DNA of 64,000 nt from Chrysomallon squamiferum (Eukaryota; Animalia; Mollusca), in the NCBI GenBank assembly GCA_012295275.1, contig CM022678.1:18848001-18912000 (forward strand), read 5' to 3'. The translations under genes were made by a program, and so were the position numbers. Shown here piece after piece: positions 24,927-38,481 of this stretch. How positions within the stretch are numbered: the stretch's first letter is position 1; every line of letters begins with the position of its first letter. Under the pieces are notes generated by a model. The model searched no databases. It saw only the letters and a list, made by a program, of their open reading frames with translations, and had not been told where the DNA came from.

Positions 24927-25179
24927 CAACTATTATATTACTACTATTATCATTCAGTTAAAGCTTCCAAGAAAATTTCTAACTTCTCTTAACAAACTTT
25001 ACGATCCAGATTCGTAAGTTTCTTTTATTATGAGGCAAACAGCATTTTGAATCTGTTGTTTCGTTTACCTCTTTTATAATAGTTCGTATCAATACATTAA
25101 TTTTCGTGCAGTTAGAAATAGAATAACATGAACTTTGAGTATTGTGTATATCTGAATAAACTGTTAGAATTGTTCTTAC

Positions 25180-25293
25180 TCAGGCGAAACTAAACGTCTA
25201 CCCGTCTCTGTGTATGAAGTTGTTTCGTTATCCGGATTCGCATCAAGGGCGGATAATGGGTGGTTGTCAGTTGCTCGGAAGGTTTTCGCGGCT
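25180..25293 (-). other. Candidate 5'UTR exon of C (homolog at 16122-16240 for B)
   Basis: GC-richer block conserved between B and C, ending in GA|GTAAGA at 25179. The ATG exons are preceded by acceptors, so an upstream exon is required. The B copy reads ATAAGA at the donor. Confidence 0.4.
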
Positions 25294-25559
25294 AACAACA
25301 ACAACACCAACAACAACAACAACAACAACAATAATAATAATAATAAAGCGTGTGTATTGAATGTTTTCTAAAATGGTAATGCTATGATATGCAAGAATAC
25401 AAACACACCAATCACCGTATGTCCTTAATATGTATAATACATTATTATTTAGAAATATAATATGTCTAATGACAAATTAATTATCTGAAAGAAGGCAGGC
25501 TGTTTGCTGGTTATTGATACAGAAATAAAACACGTGGGAGGTAATATCCACAGTTTGCA

Positions 25560-25572
25560 ACTTTCAATTTCC
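25560..25572 (-). promoter_or_regulatory. ISRE/IRF-E-like element GGAAATTGAAAGT upstream of C
   Basis: Identical to 16498-16510, near the end of the B/C upstream homology. Confidence 0.55.
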
Positions 25573-26515
25573 AGAGATCATTTCCATTAAAATTATGTGC
25601 ATCGTCATCTTTTTTATTATTTTATTTTTTTCTTTGCGGATACAAAATATATTTTCTAATCCTCTCCAATATATTTCATTTCACGTCAAACATGACTTCC
25701 AAGATTTTAAGTGTTTAGGTCAGGGTACATCTAAATGTAGCACTGACTCTCTGAGAAGTTAAGTTCTAAATAAAAACAAAATCAGTCTTATACACATTGA
25801 AGTATTCACCTACAATGAACACCCTTGTTCATTTGCCAATATACGTCAGGCGGTATTAAAGTTCTCAATATGTTTTATTGTCAAATGAACTGAAACACGA
25901 TCACTCAGTGTTAAGTAGTTTACCATCACACCATTATTCGCACCTGGGACAAAACGTATGGCTAACTAGTTGCTTTGATACCGATATATAAGATGTCACC
26001 CACTATTTCTTAAAATAGTATACGTACATGTTACACCCGAACACAGGTATAATGTTCAGTATTAACCTTGGAAAAAATAATTTGTCTGCCAAATTTTAAA
26101 GATATTTCAAACAGTACCGTTTATTTATTAATGTCTGGCGTTTTCTTATTATCAATATGAGATAATTTAAATTGTGTTTCTCTCTTTATATATGTGAATA
26201 GCTTAATGAACTGGATACGTTAAAGGTTTGCCCGTTGCGAACGTTTGTAATGTACACTAATTTAGGTACATGTATGTGTATTACTTGAACTTTATCCACC
26301 TTTCTTTGTATATATATCGTGACTTCGAGAGTCTAACAGCAAAGCCTGTGTATAAGGTATTCTGTTTTATGTACATTGATGTGTATAACTTGTAAGTTAT
26401 CGCCCTTTCTTTTTGCGTAGATCGGGTATTATTGAGTCTAACGGAAAAGGGCGTGTGTCGTGTCAAAGGCTGCTCTTCTTACAGTAACGAAATTCATTAT
26501 TACATATTCAGCGTC

Positions 26516-27062
26516 TTAGTAATTCTGACTTCTGTTGATTATAAATGAATTGTTTATAATTTCATATTTTGTAATTTTCAATTTGAGCCTTTGATATCTT
26601 TACTTATTTTAACTGTTCTTGTTTTATTTTGTTCTGATTTTATTTTAGTTCGATTTCCGTGTCTATATACCCCCAGTGAAGCCGGTGTTCAGTCCCCAGG
26701 AAGTAAACATTTGAAATTATCACATTTTATGTTTTCATTGCACATACAGTATCTGCATGTTAAGAGATTTTGTGCGCTCTCTATCATGAAACTGGACTAT
26801 GAATGTTTGAAATAAACGTGTAGATAAAGTAACACGCATGAGATGAATCAATAACGTTACAGTCAAATAGAAGTATAATTTCTAAATACTAGCATATACA
26901 GATATACACCTGTTAGTTGTTCTTGCCGTTTGATAAATCTGGTTTGACCAAGCTGTAAATCTGAAATGAATTTTAAAAGAAAAATGCAGTGAGACATATT
27001 TATATATAAGTAATAACGAATTTATAAAAATAAAGAATGAAGTTTGGAAATTAACTATCATT

Positions 27063-27098
<36 letters not shown>

Positions 27099-27540
27099 GA
27101 AAAATTACTAATGCAATCAAGTAAGAAACAATTAACATGTTGAAAGAGCGGCCTAGGTATTCTGTCATTTATTTATTTGTTTGTTTATTTATTTATTTAT
27201 TTATATATTTACTGATTCGGTTATTTTTCAAATACATCAATCAGATTATCAAGCTTAAAGGTTCAACAAAAATTAATATTTTCTCCTGTATAACGTTAAA
27301 TACAATAATTTATATGTTTATTATTATTACGTTTTAATCATTTCACATTATTTTTATTTATATTTAAATTTCAGTTTCTTTGCTGTAAGAAATATTCGGA
27401 CTCGTCAAGGGGAATAACTCCTGTTAGAACTCGCTGTTTCCTTGCATCCTGAATTCAACTTTCTAATAAAAATATAAATACCAGTAACAGTTATTTAGAT
27501 TACAGAAATCGTTTCCATTTATTCTATTTTATTTTATTTT

Positions 27541-27580
<40 letters not shown>

Positions 27581-28197
27581 AGTTATTATGAACACTAAAT
27601 GCATGCTGAAATAGAGCTTCAACTCGGCAAGGTTAATTAGCTTTCAACGTATGTTCAAAACATTATGACGTCACCGCGTATCCTAGACACCACTGTCGGT
27701 GTTGTGAACAAACAAAAGTGGTATTTAGAGAACAAATGGGGTTGTTTGATATATTTCATAGAGAAGCTCAAATTAGAAAGTTGGTTACTTCTGTGTAAGT
27801 AATTATACAGACCAAAAGAAACAAACAAAACTGCAACACACAAAAGCGTTTAGTTTAGATTAATAAACACAAAAGGATATAATTATATTTATATGAATAA
27901 ACAAATATTGTTCCGTTTACGTAAATATTTGCATACATACCTATGCACATGCCCACAGTCATATATTTATCCGTTCCTTTTGTGTGTTCTTTATTTATTT
28001 AATTATTTATTTAATAATAGCAAAACAATAATAATTACTAATAAAATAACTATTTTATATGTCAAAAAAAGAGATAATAATATTTACAAGAAGTGAAAAC
28101 TTAAAAATCAGCAGCATCAGCAGCAACAACCATAACAAAAGAAGAAAAACAGAAGAAAAAGAAAAACAATAAGATGATGACAGTGATGACGATATTA

Positions 28198-28266
<69 letters not shown>

Positions 28267-28878
28267 ATCGTTATTGTTTTTGTTATTGTCACGCTAATTG
28301 TTATTGTTATTACTGTTATTTTTCTCAGTGTTTTAGTAATTCTGACTTCTGTTGATTATAAATGAATTGTTTATAATTTCATATTTTGTAATTTTCAATT
28401 TGAGCTTTTCATATCTTTACTTATTTTAACTGTTCTTGTTTTATTTTGTTCTGATTTTATTTTAGTTCGATTTCCGTGTCTATATACCCCCAATTAAGCC
28501 GATGTTCAGTCCCAGGAAGTAAACATTTGAAATTATCACATTTTATGTTTTCATTGCACATACAGTATCTGCATGTTAAGAGATTTTGTGCGCTCTCTAT
28601 CATGAAACTGGACTCTGAATGTTTGAAATAAACGTGTAGATAAAGTAACACGCATGAGATGAATCAATAACGTTACAGTCAAATGTAAGTATTATTTCTA
28701 AATACTAGCATATACAGATATACACCTGTTAGTTGTTCTTGCCGTTTGATAAATCTGGTTTGACCAAGCTGTAAATCTGAAATGAATTTTAAAAGAAAAA
28801 TGCAGTGAGACATATTTATATATAAGTAATAACGAATTTATAAAAATAAAGAATGAAGTTTTGAAATTAAATATCATT

Positions 28879-28920
<42 letters not shown>

Positions 28921-29349
28921 TTAAAAGAAAAATTACTAATGCAATCAAGTAAGAAACAATTAATATGATGAAAGAGCGGCCTAGGTATTCTGTCATTTAT
29001 TTATTTGTTTGTTTATTTTTGTTTTTATTTATATATTTACTGATTCGGTTATTTTTCACATACTTCAATCAGATTATCAAGCTTAAAGGTTCAACAAAAA
29101 ATAATATTTTCTCCTGTATAACGTTATCCGTAATTTATGTTTATTATTATTACGTTTTAATCATTTCATTTTATTTTTATTTATATTTAAATTTCCGTTT
29201 CTTTCTTGTAAGAAATATTCGGACTCGTCAAGGGGAATAACTCCTGTTACAACTCGCTGTTTCCTTGCATCCTGAATTCAAGTTTCTAATTAAAATATAA
29301 ATACCAGTAACAGAAATCGTTTCCATTTATTCTGTTTTATTTTTATTTT

Positions 29350-29413
<64 letters not shown>

Positions 29414-30057
29414 AGTTATTATGAACACAAAATGCATGCTGAAATAAAGCTTCAACTCAGCAAGGTTAATTAGCTTTCAACATATGTTCAAAACATTATG
29501 ACGTCACCGCGTATCCTAGAAGCCACTGACGATGTTGTGAACAAACAAAAGTGGTATTTAGTAAACAAATGGGTTTGTTTGATATATTTCAAAGAGAAGC
29601 TCAAATTAAAAAGTTGGTTACTTCTGTGTAAGTAATTATACAGACCAAAAGAAACAAACAAAACTGCAACACACAAAAGCGTTTAGTTTAGATTGATACA
29701 CACAAAAGGACATAATTATATTTATATAAACAAACAAATATTGTTCCGTTTACGTAAATATTTGCATACCTATCTATGCACATACCTACATTCATATATT
29801 TATCCGTTCCTTTCGAGTGTTATTTATTTATTTAATTATTTATTTATTAATAGCAAAATAATAATAATTACTAATAAAATAACTATTTTATATGTCAAAA
29901 AAAGAGATAATAATATTTACAAGAAGTGAAAACTTAAAAATCAGCAGCATCAGCAGCAACAACCATAACAAAAGAAGAAAAACAGAAGAAAAAGAAAAAC
30001 AATAAGATGATGACAGTGATGACGATATTAATGATGATGATGATGATGATGATGATG

Positions 30058-30090
<33 letters not shown>

Positions 30091-30703
30091 ATCGTTATTG
30101 TTTTTGTTATTGTCACGCTAATTGTTATTGTTATTACTGTTATTTTTCTCAGTGTTTTAGTAATTCTGACTTCTGTTGATTATAAATGAATTGTTTATAA
30201 TTTCATATTTTGTAATTTTCAATTTGAGCTTTTCATATCTTTACTTATTTTAACTGTTCTTGTTTTATTTTGTTCTGATTTTATTTTAGTTCGATTTCCG
30301 TGTCTATATACCCCCAATTAAGCCGATGTTCAGTCCCCAGGAAGTAAACATTTGAAATTATCACATTTTATGTTTTCATTGCACATACAGTATCTGCATG
30401 TTAAGAGATTTTGTGCGCTCTCTATCATGAAACTGGACTCTGAATGTTTGAAATAAACGTGTAGATAAAGTAACACGCATGAGATGAATCAATAACGTTA
30501 CAGTCAAATGTAAGTATTATTTCTAAATACTAGCATATACAGATATACACCTGTTAGTTGTTCTTGCCGTTTGATAAATCTGGTTTGACCAAGCTGTAAA
30601 TCTGAAATGAATTTTAAAAGAAAAATGCAGTGAGACATATTTATATATAAGTAATAACGAATTTATAAAAATAAAGAATGAAGTTTTGAAATTAAATATC
30701 ATT

Positions 30704-30769
<66 letters not shown>

Positions 30770-31867
30770 GTAATAATATTAAAAGAAAAATTACTAATGC
30801 AATCAAGTAAGAAACAATTAATATGATGAAAGAGCGGCCTAGGTATTCTGTCATTTATTTATTTGTTTGTTTATTTTTGTTTTTATTTATATATTTACTG
30901 ATTCGGTTATTTTTCACATACTTCAATCAGATTATCAAGCTTAAAGGTTCAACAAAAAATAATATTTTCTCCTGTATAACGTTATCCGTAATTTATGTTT
31001 ATTATTATTACGTTTTAATCATTTCATTTTATTTTTATTTATATTTAAATTTCCGTTTCTTTCTTGTAAGAAATATTCGGACTCGTCAAGGGGAATAACT
31101 CCTGTTACAACTCGCTGTTTCCTTGCATCCTGAATTCAAGTTTCTAATTAAAATATAAATACCAGTAACAGAAATCGTTTCCATTTATTCTGTTTTATTT
31201 TTATTTTTATTATATATATATATATATCAAGTTATTATGAACACAAAATGCATGCTGAAATAAAGCTTCAACTCAGCAAGGTTAATTAGCTTTCAACATA
31301 TGTTCAAAACATTATGACGTCACCGCGTATCCTAGAAGCCACTGACGATGTTGTGAACAAACAAAAGTGGTATTTAGTAAACAAATGGGTTTGTTTGATA
31401 TATTTCAAAGAGAAGCTCAAATTAAAAAGTTGGTTACTTCTGTGTAAGTAATTATACAGACCAAAAGAAACAAACAAAACTGCAACACACAAAAGCGTTT
31501 AGTTTAGATTGATACACACAAAAGGACATAATTATATTTATATAAACAAACAAATATTGTTCCGTTTACGTAAATATTTGCATACCTATCTATGCACATA
31601 CCTACATTCATATATTTATCCGTTCCTTTCGAGTGTTATTTATTTATTTAATTATTTATTTATTAATAGCAAAATAATAATAATTACTAATAAAATAACT
31701 ATTTTATATGTCAAAAAAAGAGATAATAATATTTACAAGAAGTGAAAACTTAAAAATCAGCAGCATCAGCAGCAACAACCATAACAAAAGAAGAAAAACA
31801 GAAGAAAAACAATAAGATGATGACAGTGATGACGATATTAATGATGATGATGATGATGATGATGATG

Positions 31868-31900
<33 letters not shown>

Positions 31901-32514
31901 ATCGTTATTGTTTTTGTTATTGTCACGCTAATTGTTATTGTTATTACTGTTATTTTTCTCAGTGTTTTAGTAATTCTGACTTCTGTTGATTATAAATGAA
32001 TTGTTTATAATTTCATATTTTGTAATTTTCAATTTGAGCTTTTCATATCTTTACTTATTTTAACTGTTCTTGTTTTATTTTGTTCTGATTTTATTTTAGT
32101 TCGATTTCCGTGTCTATATACCCCCAATTAAGCCGATGTTCAGTCCCCAGGAAGTAAACATTTGAAATTATCACATTTTATGTTTTCATTGCACATACAG
32201 TATCTGCATGTTAAGAGATTTTTGTGCGCTCTCTATCATGAAACTGGACTCTGAATGTTTGAAATAAACGTGTAGATAAAGTAACACGCATGAGATGAAT
32301 CAATAACGTTACAGTCAAATGTAAGTATTATTTCTAAATACTAGCATATACAGATATACACCTGTTAGTTGTTCTTGCCGTTTGATAAATCTGGTTTGAC
32401 CAAGCTGTAAATCTGAAATGAATTTTAAAAGAAAAATGCAGTGAGACATATTTATATATAAGTAATAACGAATTTATAAAAATAAAGAATGAAGTTTTGA
32501 AATTAAATATCATT

Positions 32515-32583
<69 letters not shown>

Positions 32584-34332
32584 GTAATAATATTAAAAGA
32601 AAAATTACTAATGCAATCAAGTAAGAAACAATTAATATGATGAAAGAGCGGCCTAGGTATTCTGTCATTTATTTATTTGTTTGTTTATTTTTGTTTTTAT
32701 TTATATATTTACTGATTCGGTTATTTTTCACATACTTCAATCAGATTATCAAGCTTAAAGGTTCAACAAAAAATAATATTTTCTCCTGTATAACGTTATC
32801 CGTAATTTATGTTTATTATTATTACGTTTTAATCATTTCATTTTATTTTTATTTATATTTAAATTTCCGTTTCTTTCTTGTAAGAAATATTCGGACTCGT
32901 CAAGGGGAATAACTCCTGTTACAACTCGCTGTTTCCTTGCATCCTGAATTCAAGTTTCTAATTAAAATATAAATACCAGTAACAGAAATCGTTTCCATTT
33001 ATTCTGTTTTATTTTTATTTTTATTATATATATATATATATATCAAGTTATTATGAACACAAAATGCATGCTGAAATAAAGCTTCAACTCAGCAAGGTTA
33101 ATTAGCTTTCAACATATGTTCAAAACATTATGACGTCACCGCGTATCCTAGAAGCCACTGACGATGTTGTGAACAAACAAAAGTGGTATTTAGTAAACAA
33201 ATGGGTTTGTTTGATATATTTCAAAGAGAAGCTCAAATTAAAAAGTTGGTTACTTCTGTGTAAGTAATTATACAGACCAAAAGAAACAAACAAAACTGCA
33301 ACACACAAAAGCGTTTAGTTTAGATTGATACACACAAAAGGACATAATTATATTTATATAAACAAACAAATATTGTTCCGTTTACGTAAATATTTGCATA
33401 CCTATCTATGCACATACCTACATTCATATATTTATCCGTTCCTTTCGAGTGTTATTTATTTATTTAATTATTTATTTATTAATAGCAAAACAATAATAAT
33501 TACTAATAAAATAACTATTTTATATGTCAAAAAAAGAGATAATAATATTTACAAGAAGTGAAAACTTAAAAATCAGCAGCATCAGCAGCAACAACCATAA
33601 CAAAAGAAGAAAAACAGAAGAAAAAGAAAAACAATAAGATGATGACAGTGATGACGATATTAATGATGATGATGATGATGATGATGATGATTATTATTAT
33701 TATTATTATTATTATTAATATCGTTATTGTTTTTGTTATTGTCACGCTAATTGTTATTGTTATTACTGTTATTTTTCTCAGTGTTTTAGTAATTCTGACT
33801 TCTGTTGATTATAAATGAATTGTTTATAATTTCATATTTTGTAATTTTCAATTTGAGCTTTTCATATCTTTACTTATTTTAACTGTTCTTGTTTTATTTT
33901 GTTCTGATTTTATTTTAGTTCGATTTCCGTGTCTATATACCCCCAATTAAGCCGATGTTCAGTCCCCAGGAAGTAAACATTTGAAATTATCACATTTTAT
34001 GTTTTCATTGCACATACAGTATCTGCATGTTAAGAGATTTTGTGCGCTCTCTATCATGAAACTGGACTCTGAATGTTTGAAATAAACGTGTAGATAAAGT
34101 AACACGCATGAGATGAATCAATAACGTTACAGTCAAATGTAAGTATTATTTCTAAATACTAGCATATACAGATATACACCTGTTAGTTGTTCTTGCCGTT
34201 TGATAAATCTGGTTTGACCAAGCTGTAAATCTGAAATGAATTTTAAAAGAAAAATGCAGTGAGACATATTTATATATAAGTAATAACGAATTTATAAAAA
34301 TAAAGAATGAAGTTTTGAAATTAAATATCATT

Positions 34333-34395
<63 letters not shown>

Positions 34396-34824
34396 TTAAA
34401 AGAAAAATTACTAATGCAATCAAGTAAGAAACAATTAATATGATGAAAGAGCGGCCTAGGTATTCTGTCATTTATTTATTTGTTTGTTTATTTTTGTTTT
34501 TATTTATATATTTACTGATTCGGTTATTTTTCACATACTTCAATCAGATTATCAAGCTTAAAGGTTCAACAAAAAATAATATTTTCTCCTGTATAACGTT
34601 ATCCGTAATTTATGTTTATTATTATTACGTTTTAATCATTTCATTTTATTTTTATTTATATTTAAATTTCCGTTTCTTTCTTGTAAGAAATATTCGGACT
34701 CGTCAAGGGGAATAACTCCTGTTACAACTCGCTGTTTCCTTGCATCCTGAATTCAAGTTTCTAATTAAAATATAAATACCAGTAACAGAAATCGTTTCCA
34801 TTTATTCTGTTTTATTTTTATTTT

Positions 34825-34860
<36 letters not shown>

Positions 34861-35470
34861 AGTTATTATGAACACAAAATGCATGCTGAAATAAAGCTTC
34901 AACTCAGCAAGGTTAATTAGCTTTCAACATATGTTCAAAACATTATGACGTCACCGCGTATCCTAGAAGCCACTGACGATGTTGTGAACAAACAAAAGTG
35001 GTATTTAGTAAACAAATGGGTTTGTTTGATATATTTCAAAGAGAAGCTCAAATTAAAAAGTTGGTTACTTCTGTGTAAGTAATTATACAGACCAAAAGAA
35101 ACAAACAAAACTGCAACACACAAAAGCGTTTAGTTTAGATTGATACACACAAAAGGACATAATTATATTTATATAAACAAACAAATATTGTTCCGTTTAC
35201 GTAAATATTTGCATACCTATCTATGCACATACCTACATTCATATATTTATCCGTTCCTTTCGAGTGTTATTTATTTATTTAATTATTTATTTATTAATAG
35301 CAAAACAATAATAATTACTAATAAAATAACTATTTTATATGTCAAAAAAAGAGATAATAATATTTACAAGAAGTGAAAACTTAAAATCATCAGCAGCAAC
35401 AACCATAACAAAAGAAGAAAAACAGAAGAAAAAGAAAAACAATAAGATGATGACAGTGATGACGATATTA

Positions 35471-35503
<33 letters not shown>

Positions 35504-37278
35504 ATTATTATTATTATTATTATTATTAATATCGTTATTGTTTTTGTTATTGTCACGCTAATTGTTATTGTTATTACTGTTATTTTTTTTCTCAGTGTTT
35601 TAGTAATTCTGACTTCTGTTGATTATAAATGAATTGTTTATAATTTCATATTTTGTAATTTTCAATTTGATCCTTTGATATCTTTACTTATTTTAACTGT
35701 TCTTGTTTTATTTTGTTCTGATTTTATTTTAGTTCGATTTCCGTGTCTATATACCCCAAATTAAGCAGATGTTCAGTCCCCAGGAAGTAAACATCTGAAA
35801 TTATCACATTTTATGTTTTCATTGCACATACACTATCTGCATGTTAAGAGACTTTGTGCGCTCTCTATCATGAAACTGGACTCTGAATGTTTGAAATAAA
35901 CGTGTAGATAAAGTAACACGCATGAGATGAATCAATAACGTTACAGTCAAATAGAAGTATTATTTCTAAGTACTAGCATATACAGATATACACCTGTTAG
36001 TTGTTCTTGCCGTTTGATAAATCTGGTTTGACCAAGCTGTAAATCTGAAATGAATTTTAAAAGAAAAATGCAGTGAGACATATTTATATATAAGTAATAA
36101 CGAATTTATAAAAATAAAGAATGAAGTTTTGAAATTAAATATCATTTATATAATAATAATAATAATAACAATAATAATAATATTAAAAGAAAAATTACTA
36201 ATGCAATCAAGTAAGAAACAATTAATATGATGAAAGAGCGGCCTAGGTATTCTGTCATTTATTTATTTGTTTGTTTATTTTTTATTTTTTTATATATTTA
36301 CTGATTCGGTTATTTTTCACATCCTTCAATCAGATTATCAAGCTTAAAGGTTCAACAAAAAATAATATTTTCTCCTGTATAACGTTATCCGTAATTTATG
36401 TTTATTATTATTACGTTTTAATCATTTCATTTTATTTTTATTTATATTTAAATTTCCGTTTCTTTCTTGTAAGAAATATTCGGACTCGTCAAGGGGAATA
36501 ACTCCTGTTACAACTCGCTGTTTCCTTGCATCCTGAATTCAAGTTTCTAATTAAAATATAAATACCAGTAACAGAAATCGTTTCCATTTATTCTATTTTA
36601 TTTTTATTTTTATTATATATATATATCAAGTTATTATGAACACAAAATGCATGCTGAAATAGAGCTTCAACTCGGCAAGGTTAATTAGCTTTCAACGTAT
36701 GTTCAAAACATTATGACGTCACCGCGTATCGTAGAAGCCACTGACGATGTTGTGAACAAACAAAAGTGGTATTTAGTGAACAAATGGGTTTGTTTGATAT
36801 ATTTCAAAGAGAAGCTCAAATTAAAAAGTTGGTTACTTCTGTGTAAGTAATTATACAGACCAAAAGAAACAAACAAAACTGCAACAAACAAAAGCGTTTA
36901 GTTTAGATTGATAAACACAAAAGGACATAATTATATTTATATAAACAAACAAATATTGTTCCGTTTACGTAAATATTTGCATACCTACCTATGCACACAC
37001 CTACATTCATATATTTATCCGTTCCTTTCGAGTGTTATTTATTTATTTAATTATTTATTTATTAATAGCAAAACAATAATAATTACTAATAAAATAACTA
37101 TTTTATATGTCAAAAAAAGAGATAATAATATTTACAAGAAGTGAAAACTTAAAAATCAGCAGCATCAGCATCAACAACCATAACAAAAGAAGAAAAAAAG
37201 AAGAAAAAGAAAAACAATAAGATGATTACAGTGATGACGATATTAATGATGATGATGGTAATGATGATGATGATGATG

Positions 37279-37329
<51 letters not shown>

Positions 37330-37390
37330 ATCGTTATTGTTTTCGTTATTGTCACTCTAACTGTTATTGTTATTACTCTTATTTTTTTTC
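26516..37390. repeat. Tandem array of six ~1.82-kb units
   Basis: Units start (ttagtaattctgacttc) at 26516, 28333, 30157, 31967, 33786 and 35600. Inner units are nearly identical apart from microsatellite lengths. Confidence 0.97.
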
Positions 37391-38133
37391 ATTATTTTAC
37401 GTTTTTCACAATTGTTGTTTTTGCTGCTGTATTATTTCTACTATGTGAATGATCTAAATTTTCATGTTGTTTAAATGTGTTAATTAGTTTGAACTGTGTT
37501 GATCATTAGTATAAAAATAAAACTAACTGATTACTACTGCTACCACTGCTACCAGTAGTATCACTACTACTACTATTACTAGTACCAGTACCAGTCTACA
37601 GCTCCTACTGCGAGAACTATTACTGCAGGTGCTGCTGCTACTACTCCTACTAATTGTGCTGTGTTGTTATTACGATTAATATTGTCATTATTTTATTTTT
37701 CTGGTAAGTGAAGTCGTACTAGTGTCAAAGACTGCCTCTCCAGAAAGATATAATCAGTGAACGAATGAATGAATAACTTAATGAAGAAACGAATTAATTA
37801 AAGAATAAACATTGGTTTAATTAATGAATACATTAAATAATAAATAAATGAAAGAATGAGTCAATGAATGAATATGAAAGTCTAATATATTTTTAAATTA
37901 CCAATATCAGACTATTATTCCTTTCTTCTTCTCTTCTTCTTTATTTTAAGTTAATTACATCGCGTTTTTGTTGTTTGTTTGTTTATAAATGTAGGATGAT
38001 TATCAAGAACATTCGAAAGACCAAAATGCAAAACAAAAGTGGAAAAAGTGTGTAAGTGTATTGAAGAAATAAGAATTACGCTTGTGTTGTTTTGTGTCTC
38101 TATGGCGTATATGTTTTTCAATACCTGATTTTG

Positions 38134-38239
<106 letters not shown>

Positions 38240-38440
38240 TCATGTGGTTTTCTTTAACCATCACAAAAAACAATCAAACCAACTTGTCTGTATCTCTCTA
38301 TATATCTGACGATCTATATCTATCTATCTTTCTAATATTTATTTTCTGTTGATTCATCGCATTAGTATTATTGATACTTAGATTTGTTCATTTATATCAT
38401 TTTATTTTATTTATTGATTTTTTTATTTTTATTTTTTCAG

Positions 38441-38481
38441 ATCATCAGGATTTGAAAGTGGACTGGAAAGTTATTCCTTAA
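38441..38481 (+). other. Candidate terminal exon of an unidentified plus-strand gene (copies at 9981-10021 and 16773-16810)
   Basis: Polypyrimidine-CAG acceptor followed by (D)HQDLKVDWKVIP*; the other copies read (D)HPVLKVDWIVVP* and (D)HPDLKVDLFIE*. Confidence 0.4.

Noticed and set aside
27408-27421. GGGGAATAACTCC as an NF-kB site in each array unit
   Set aside because: Does not fit GGGRNWYYCC spacing and is not conserved in the 56.8-kb copy.
27137-37144. Repeated 60-91-aa ORFs (MKERPRYS..., MCVAVLFV..., MIHTKGHN...)
   Set aside because: They recur only because the 1.8-kb unit is duplicated; low complexity and disrupted in the diverged copy at 56.4-57.9 kb.
26516-37390. CRISPR-like or rDNA/histone-type array
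   Set aside because: Eukaryotic DNA, 1.8-kb units without unique spacers, and no recognisable rRNA, snRNA or histone sequence.
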